Assembly (NCBI GenBank): GCA_016788345.1 | Contig: JAEURO010000001.1 | Span: 3,812-53,981 of the forward strand | DNA: 50,170 bases | Source of the DNA: Chthonomonadaceae bacterium | GTDB lineage: Bacteria > Armatimonadota > Fimbriimonadia > Fimbriimonadales > Fimbriimonadaceae | Direction: 5' to 3' | Shown: positions 44,910 to 50,170 of the stretch, piece after piece | Layout of the letters: every line of letters starts with the position of its first letter | How positions within the stretch are numbered: the stretch's first letter is position 1 | Notes under the pieces: model-generated | Databases searched by the model: none | What the model was told of the DNA's origin: nothing | What the model saw: only the letters and a program-made list of their open reading frames with translations | Program-made: the position numbers and the translations under genes

Positions 44910-46301
44910 ATGGACGGGCCGAGCGACAAGCAAAAGTTAACACAGCGAATGGCCCGGGGCATAGGCGCGAACACCTACGCCCAAGTCGTCACAATAGTCT
45001 CCAACCTCGTCACTGTCCCCTTTTTCTATAGGTTTTGGGGCATCGACCTTTATGGTGAGTGGCTCGCTCTGAGTGCGATCCCGACCTACCTGACCATGTC
45101 GGACCTCAGCTTCGGTACGACTGCAGGGAGCGAAATGACAATGCTTGCTGCGCAAGGCAAGAAGAAGGAAGCCTTGTCCGTCCTTCAAACTGCCTGGCTG
45201 CTTGTCACGGTAGCCTCAATCGTGATCTTTGCGATCGCGCTGCTCCTGACCTGGGTGGCACCTCTGGACCAGTGGCTGAACTTCTCAGTCTTGTCTCGGC
45301 GCGAGGCGGCATCGGTCATGACGCTTCTTCTCATCAGCGTGTGCTTGTCTCAACAAGGTGGACTGATCGACGCGGGTTTCAAGTGTGCCGGCCATTATGC
45401 CGAAGGCATTTTTCTAATCAACACTTTGAGACTGTTCGAGTTTTTCGCCGGAATAACGATCCTCCTCACGAAGGGCGACCCTTGGGTTTTCGCATGGACC
45501 CTTATCGTTCCCAAGGCACTGGCTTACGCTTACTTTTGGCACAGGTTGCGACAACGGGCTCCCTGGCTCTATCTGGGATGGTCCCACGCCGATCGCAAGC
45601 TCCTCAAGCCGATGGTCTCGCCAGCCCTGACGTTCAATGCATTTAACCTAGGATTTGCTTTTAGCATCCAAGGCATTCAGCTTTTGGTCACAGCACTGGT
45701 CTCTCCTGCTGCGGCTGCCCTCTTCTCCAACATGCGGACCTTGGCGCGAATAGTCTGGCAAGGGGCCAATGCCATCGGGAATACGGCTTGGGTCGAATTG
45801 TCGAGAGCCCTTGGTGTCGAAGACTATGACTTCGCCCGCAAGCTCCATCGTCGCACTTGTCAAATCGGGATGTGGTGCGTCTTACCTGGCGCGCTCCTCA
45901 TGCTCTTGGTCGGCCCGGTCATTTTCAAGGTTCTGACTGGACGGACAATGGCCGAGCCCTTTGTTTTTGCAGGCCTTCTCCTCGCCACGGTGTTCGGCAG
46001 CTTCTGGACCATTAGTTATGTCGTCGCCCTCTCGATCAATAAACACCAGACGACGGCCCTGGCCTTCATATTGTCAACAGGGGGGTCTCTCCTTCTGGCT
46101 CGGCTTTTCCTTTTGCCCATGGGGACAATTGGAGCGGTCCTAGCCCTCTTGTTAGGTGAAATCGCAATGGCCTCGTTTGTCTTCTATCGTTCGCTTCGAC
46201 TTCTCAAAGAGAAGCCAGGTCCGTTCCTAACCCAGTTGGCCACTCCTCCGTTTGGCCTCATAAGAAGGCTGCTTCATCGCAAGAGGGCCGTCGAAGAATG
46301 A
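44910..46301 (+). CDS. Oligo/polysaccharide flippase (Wzx-like, MOP superfamily)
   Basis: 463 aa and polytopic. The N-terminus RGIGANTYAQVVTIVSNLVTVPFFYRFWG..LYGEW is typical of polysaccharide-biosynthesis flippases. Confidence 0.7.
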   Translation: MDGPSDKQKLTQRMARGIGANTYAQVVTIVSNLVTVPFFYRFWGIDLYGEWLALSAIPTYLTMSDLSFGTTAGSEMTMLAAQGKKKEALSVLQTAWLLVTVASIVIFAIALLLTWVAPLDQWLNFSVLSRREAASVMTLLLISVCLSQQGGLIDAGFKCAGHYAEGIFLINTLRLFEFFAGITILLTKGDPWVFAWTLIVPKALAYAYFWHRLRQRAPWLYLGWSHADRKLLKPMVSPALTFNAFNLGFAFSIQGIQLLVTALVSPAAAALFSNMRTLARIVWQGANAIGNTAWVELSRALGVEDYDFARKLHRRTCQIGMWCVLPGALLMLLVGPVIFKVLTGRTMAEPFVFAGLLLATVFGSFWTISYVVALSINKHQTTALAFILSTGGSLLLARLFLLPMGTIGAVLALLLGEIAMASFVFYRSLRLLKEKPGPFLTQLATPPFGLIRRLLHRKRAVEE

Positions 46302-47464
46302 AAGTCGCTCTATCTGCCCCTGCCAAGTATCACTTTTTTGAACTGGGAAGAGAGTTGGTCCGACGGAACTGTCTGTCCGCTCTCATGACCGGATATCCGG
46401 CGTTTAAGCTCAAGCACGAAGTCGAGCTAGGCCCCTATTTCTGTTCATTGCCTTGGGCGCATTTACCCTATCGTTTCCTGGCATCGAGATTCAACGTCAA
46501 CTTGGAGTACTGGGATAAATCCCTCTTTGATAGGTTTGCCAGCAAGAGAGTGCCGGAATGCGATGTCTTCATGGGGATTGCAGCGTCAATGTTGTTCTCT
46601 TCGAGAGCTGCGAGAGACCGAGGGGCTAAAGTCGTCGTCGACCGGCCATGTTCGCACATCGAGGTGCAGAACCGACTGATCCAAGAAGAAGCCAAGAGAG
46701 AGGGCTACCGCCTCAAGGAAATAGACTCCAGAGTCAGAGATCGCGAAATGGCCGAGTATTCCGAAGCCGATCTGATCACTGTTCCATCGCTCTTCTCGGC
46801 CCGGTCATTCTATGCCCAAGGTTTCCCGGAGGAGAAGATCAGGGTCATTCCTTACGGGGTCGACCTGACCGTGTTTTTTCCGACGGCCCAGCCGGATCCC
46901 TCTGAATTCATCGTTGTCTATGCTGGGCAAATCTCGCTCAGAAAAGGGATTGTCCATCTCATTCGGGCTTTTGAGAAAGTCAAGCATGCCAACAAGAAAC
47001 TCATCTTGATCGGCTCGGACGGAGCAGAGCCTTTTGTGGCCCAGGCCAGACAGTTCGCACAACGAATGTCCATTGAGCTTCCTGGACACGTACCCCAGAC
47101 TGTCCTTCGCGACCATATGAGCCGCGCGACGGTGTTCGTGCTGCCCAGCATCGAGGACGGATACGGGCTCGTCATGACTCAAGCTATGGCTTGTGGGTGT
47201 CCGGTGGTCGCCACGACGAACACCGGCGCCGACATGCTGATCACAGAGGGTACAGACGGGTATATCGTCCCACCCGCTGACGATCAGGCACTCTTTAAGC
47301 GCCTACAGGCCCTGGCAGACAGCCCAGAGCTCCGTTCGAAGCTTTCGACCGCGGCCTTGACAAGGGCCCAAAAAATTGCCGGGTGGACCGAATATGGTGA
47401 CCAGATCGTTGATATGTTCCAAGAATTGACGGATGGAAGCGACAGTTCGCCTAGATCGAATTGA
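46298..47464 (+). CDS. Glycosyltransferase family 4 (GT-B, Glycos_transf_1)
   Basis: Has VLPSIEDGYGLVMTQAMACGCPVV...G.DG (EX7E motif). Its start overlaps the flippase stop (ATGA). Confidence 0.85.
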   Translation: MKVALSAPAKYHFFELGRELVRRNCLSALMTGYPAFKLKHEVELGPYFCSLPWAHLPYRFLASRFNVNLEYWDKSLFDRFASKRVPECDVFMGIAASMLFSSRAARDRGAKVVVDRPCSHIEVQNRLIQEEAKREGYRLKEIDSRVRDREMAEYSEADLITVPSLFSARSFYAQGFPEEKIRVIPYGVDLTVFFPTAQPDPSEFIVVYAGQISLRKGIVHLIRAFEKVKHANKKLILIGSDGAEPFVAQARQFAQRMSIELPGHVPQTVLRDHMSRATVFVLPSIEDGYGLVMTQAMACGCPVVATTNTGADMLITEGTDGYIVPPADDQALFKRLQALADSPELRSKLSTAALTRAQKIAGWTEYGDQIVDMFQELTDGSDSSPRSN

Positions 47465-47493
47465 GTTAGGAGTACAATGACGCAAAGCTCAGG

Positions 47494-49065
47494 ATGGTAG
47501 CGACAGCACTCCAGGAAGAGAGAAGGCCAGGCGCCAGGGTCTCAATTTATGGGTTTTTGCTGGCCCTGTTTGTCATAGCCCTGTTTGCCCTCCAAGTGAT
47601 GACGGGCACTCCGCTCGGATTCGCCGGGATGGTCTCGCTTTTTTGCGTCCAGACCTTCATCACAATCAAGATCCTAGGCGGGCCGACCACGTTGCCGGGT
47701 GCAAGCGTCGGGTACTTCGCGATCCAGCACGTCATCTTCTCACAAGTAGCCAAGGGTCTCCTATTGCAGCCCGCAACAGACCGGATGTTGGCGCCCTACA
47801 CGACCATGCAGGTCTACAACTTGGCGATCTTCGCCATAATGTGCGCCGCTGTCGTCTATCGGATTTTCCGGGTCGAAACGATAAAGCCGATTTTTGACCT
47901 CGAGCTCGACCACCGTCGGCTCAATATCCTGGCCATCGTGCTTACACTCTTTTCGCTCTACAGGTTCTATGCCCTCCAGAAGTTCGGCGTTTTTGAGGGT
48001 GCGGGCGGTGGCGTTTACGTTGGTGGGATTGTCGGGCCCTTGCGACAATTTGGATTCCTGTCTACACTTGCCGTCGCGGCGGGCACTGCGTCCGTCATCC
48101 TGAAATCGGAAGGACGCAGGTGTGTGGGCATCTGGAACGCCTTGGCTATTGTTGCTCCCATCCTCTATGGCATTCTGAGTGCGGGCCGACAGGACAGTGC
48201 CAGCTCAATCATCACGTTCGTCCTGACCCTCTATGCGTTCAAGTTCAAAATCAAACCTGTCCATATCGGTTTCGTGTTGGTCACGGGGTACATCTTGCAG
48301 TTCATTGTTTTCCCTTATTCGCTCTATGCCAGGGGCGAGGGACAGGTTCGTATCGGTGCTTTTGAAGACCGGATCGTCAAAGCTGCGAACTTGCTGATGG
48401 AGTTTACTTTTGCGCCCAAGAAGAAGACGCAAAAGCTCGAGGAGACCAATCCCAACCTGCCATGGAGCATGCAGAGGATGTACTACTACGGGAGCCCGAA
48501 CTCGTCTCTCGACCGGTATTCGATCATTCTTTCGACAGACAACATTGTCAACGCTGTCAATATCAAAGGCCCCAAGGGCCCCGACACGGTCTTTGTCGGC
48601 TTCAACATGATCTTGCCTCGGTTCCTTAACCAGGACAAGGAGGCCATTGGTACGTCCAGCCAAATCGCCCACTATGGTGACGGGCTTATTGGCGAGTCAG
48701 ACTTTATGACTGGCATCACCTTGGGCATTGTCCCAGAGGGATACTACGCCTATGGCTTTGGAGGAGTGTTCTGGTTGCCATTTATCATTTCTTTGGCCTA
48801 TTTCGTCGTTTATCGCATCCTCTACCGATCGTCAATATTTCAGAACATCTATGTCGTGTCACTTATGTTCATCGCATCGTGGACGTTTTCTGAATCTACT
48901 GCGGCGGGCCAAACTTTGGCCATCATACAACAGCCGATTTACTACCTTGTGTCGGTGCTTCCGCTTCTGCTTATCGCCAAGTCTTTGACGAAGCGGCATA
49001 AAGAAGCCAAATTTGTTTATGAGGCTGATTACAAGCCTGCCACAGACACCTCATCGCAAGTGTGA
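47494..49065 (+). CDS. Polytopic membrane protein, possible Wzy-type polysaccharide polymerase
   Basis: 523 aa with more than 10 hydrophobic segments and one large loop. Its position between a GT and AsnB-like genes in a Wzx cluster suggests the role. No diagnostic motif recognised. Confidence 0.4.
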   Translation: MVATALQEERRPGARVSIYGFLLALFVIALFALQVMTGTPLGFAGMVSLFCVQTFITIKILGGPTTLPGASVGYFAIQHVIFSQVAKGLLLQPATDRMLAPYTTMQVYNLAIFAIMCAAVVYRIFRVETIKPIFDLELDHRRLNILAIVLTLFSLYRFYALQKFGVFEGAGGGVYVGGIVGPLRQFGFLSTLAVAAGTASVILKSEGRRCVGIWNALAIVAPILYGILSAGRQDSASSIITFVLTLYAFKFKIKPVHIGFVLVTGYILQFIVFPYSLYARGEGQVRIGAFEDRIVKAANLLMEFTFAPKKKTQKLEETNPNLPWSMQRMYYYGSPNSSLDRYSIILSTDNIVNAVNIKGPKGPDTVFVGFNMILPRFLNQDKEAIGTSSQIAHYGDGLIGESDFMTGITLGIVPEGYYAYGFGGVFWLPFIISLAYFVVYRILYRSSIFQNIYVVSLMFIASWTFSESTAAGQTLAIIQQPIYYLVSVLPLLLIAKSLTKRHKEAKFVYEADYKPATDTSSQV

Positions 49066-49225
49066 CAGTGCGGCCCTGTCGAAATTGCCATCATTGTCAG
49101 GAACGTTCAAAGAGCGCTACGCATTTCATATATAATGTGTCTAGTGTTAATTGTCAATTCTTACTTGTCAGCTTGGATGTGACCTTCTGCGTTTGAACCG
49201 AACTGGGTCAATGGGGTCAACATAA

Positions 49226-50170
49226 ATGTGCGGCATTATCGGCGCCTACGCCTATGGTCGTAACTCCGGCAGACTGGATTTCGAACGATTGATCGCCGGG
49301 AGGGATTCAATGGAGCCTAGGGGGCCAGACGGGTGTGGCGAATGGTGCAGTCCTGATGGAAGCGTTTTCCTTGGCCACCGAAGGCTCGCTATCATAGATT
49401 TGAGCCCAGCAGGCGCCCAGCCCATGTCATTTGACCAAGAAGGGTTGCATATCACCTTCAATGGCGAGATTTACAATTATCGAGAACTAGGGGAGCACGT
49501 CAAGTCAAAGGGCCGGGTCGTCATGACAGGCAGCGACACCGAGATTCTGCTCCACCTCTACTCCCTTTATGGAGCTGGGATGTGCACTATGCTTCGCGGA
49601 ATGTACGCCTTCGGAGTTTGGGACGAACGACGAAGAGGCTTGCTCCTCGCCAGGGACCAACTCGGGATCAAGCCGCTCTATGTCTCACGACAAGCTGGAA
49701 AGTTGATATTCTCTTCGCAGGTCAAAGCGATTCTGGCGACTAAATCCATCTCTGTCACTCCGGACCCGGCCGGACATGTCGGTTTCTTTCTCTGGGGAAA
49801 CATGCCGGACACCCGGACGCTCTATAAGGAGATCAGGGAGATTCCCCCGGGCTCGACCATGTGGGTCGACGAGTTGGGAGTTCGAGAGGCTGTGCCGTTC
49901 TTTGACCTCAGTAACGAGATTCGAGACCTCGAAGGGACTGCGACGGCAAAGTCTTCGGAAGAGGCCCTCGAGGCTCTCAGGGCCTGTGTCCTCGATACAG
50001 TCCGGCATCACTTTGTAGCTGACGTGCCCGTAGGCGTCTTCCTCAGCGCGGGACGAGACTCGACGACACTTCTCGCTGCGTCATGTGAAGTCCTGCCGTC
50101 ACCTCCAAACGCGATCACGCTCGGATTCAAGGAGTTTGAAGGAACTGAGGACGACGAGTCTCCTCTCGAG
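49226..50170 (+). CDS. asnB: Asparagine synthase (glutamine-hydrolysing)-family amidotransferase, 3' end beyond window
   Basis: Starts MCGIIGAY (Ntn Cys2), with HRRLAIIDLS, ITFNGEIYNY and later VPVGVFLSAGRDS (PP-loop). The frame is open to the window end. Confidence 0.9.
   Translation, partial: MCGIIGAYAYGRNSGRLDFERLIAGRDSMEPRGPDGCGEWCSPDGSVFLGHRRLAIIDLSPAGAQPMSFDQEGLHITFNGEIYNYRELGEHVKSKGRVVMTGSDTEILLHLYSLYGAGMCTMLRGMYAFGVWDERRRGLLLARDQLGIKPLYVSRQAGKLIFSSQVKAILATKSISVTPDPAGHVGFFLWGNMPDTRTLYKEIREIPPGSTMWVDELGVREAVPFFDLSNEIRDLEGTATAKSSEEALEALRACVLDTVRHHFVADVPVGVFLSAGRDSTTLLAASCEVLPSPPNAITLGFKEFEGTEDDESPLE

Overview
This 50.2-kb chromosomal window is gene-dense and moderately GC-rich (spot counts of about 55-57% in housekeeping genes). 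I support about 55 protein genes and one tRNA. All homology calls come from reading the translations by eye; no searches were run.

Lineage: repeated prepilin-type '[16 protein letters not shown]' / H-X9-DG pseudopilins, a PEP-CTERM protein, SBBP beta-propeller repeats, CheC/CheD and an Mpa/ARC-like ATPase suggest an Armatimonadota- or PVC-like organism. This is a low-confidence inference.

Content, left to right:
- cheC-cheD-HDOD operon, GH172/DUF2961, csaA, a lytic transglycosylase, tRNA-Ser(GCT), ychF, a GNAT and a triple-YbjQ fusion.
- Pseudopilins, cdd, ndk, a dipeptide epimerase, mutL and motAB.
- A PEP-CTERM protein, gltX, then pseudopilin-folK-pilC-pilC-DnaA-like-CBS/GGDEF.
- sufB, a 2.1-kb low-GC insert bracketed by a duplicated sufB 3' end, an SBBP protein and a SARP/STAND regulator.
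- A ThuA-like protein, hmgA, an ARC-like AAA+ ATPase, MOSC, an orphan nuoB-nuoI pair, and a Wzx/GT4/Wzy-like/AsnB polysaccharide cluster.

No rRNA, CRISPR array, transposase, integrase, reverse transcriptase or recognisable phage or defence genes were seen.

Most interesting:
1. The direct repeat of the sufB 3' end delimits an integrase-less islet. Its secreted-protein gene is interrupted by one in-frame TAG, and a (GTA)7 microsatellite sits at that gene's 5' end.
2. A same-strand cluster joins a pseudopilin, two complete PilC/GspF platform paralogues, a truncated DnaA paralogue and a CBS-GGDEF cyclase.

None of these is proven to be a new system. Each is a hypothesis with stated tests.
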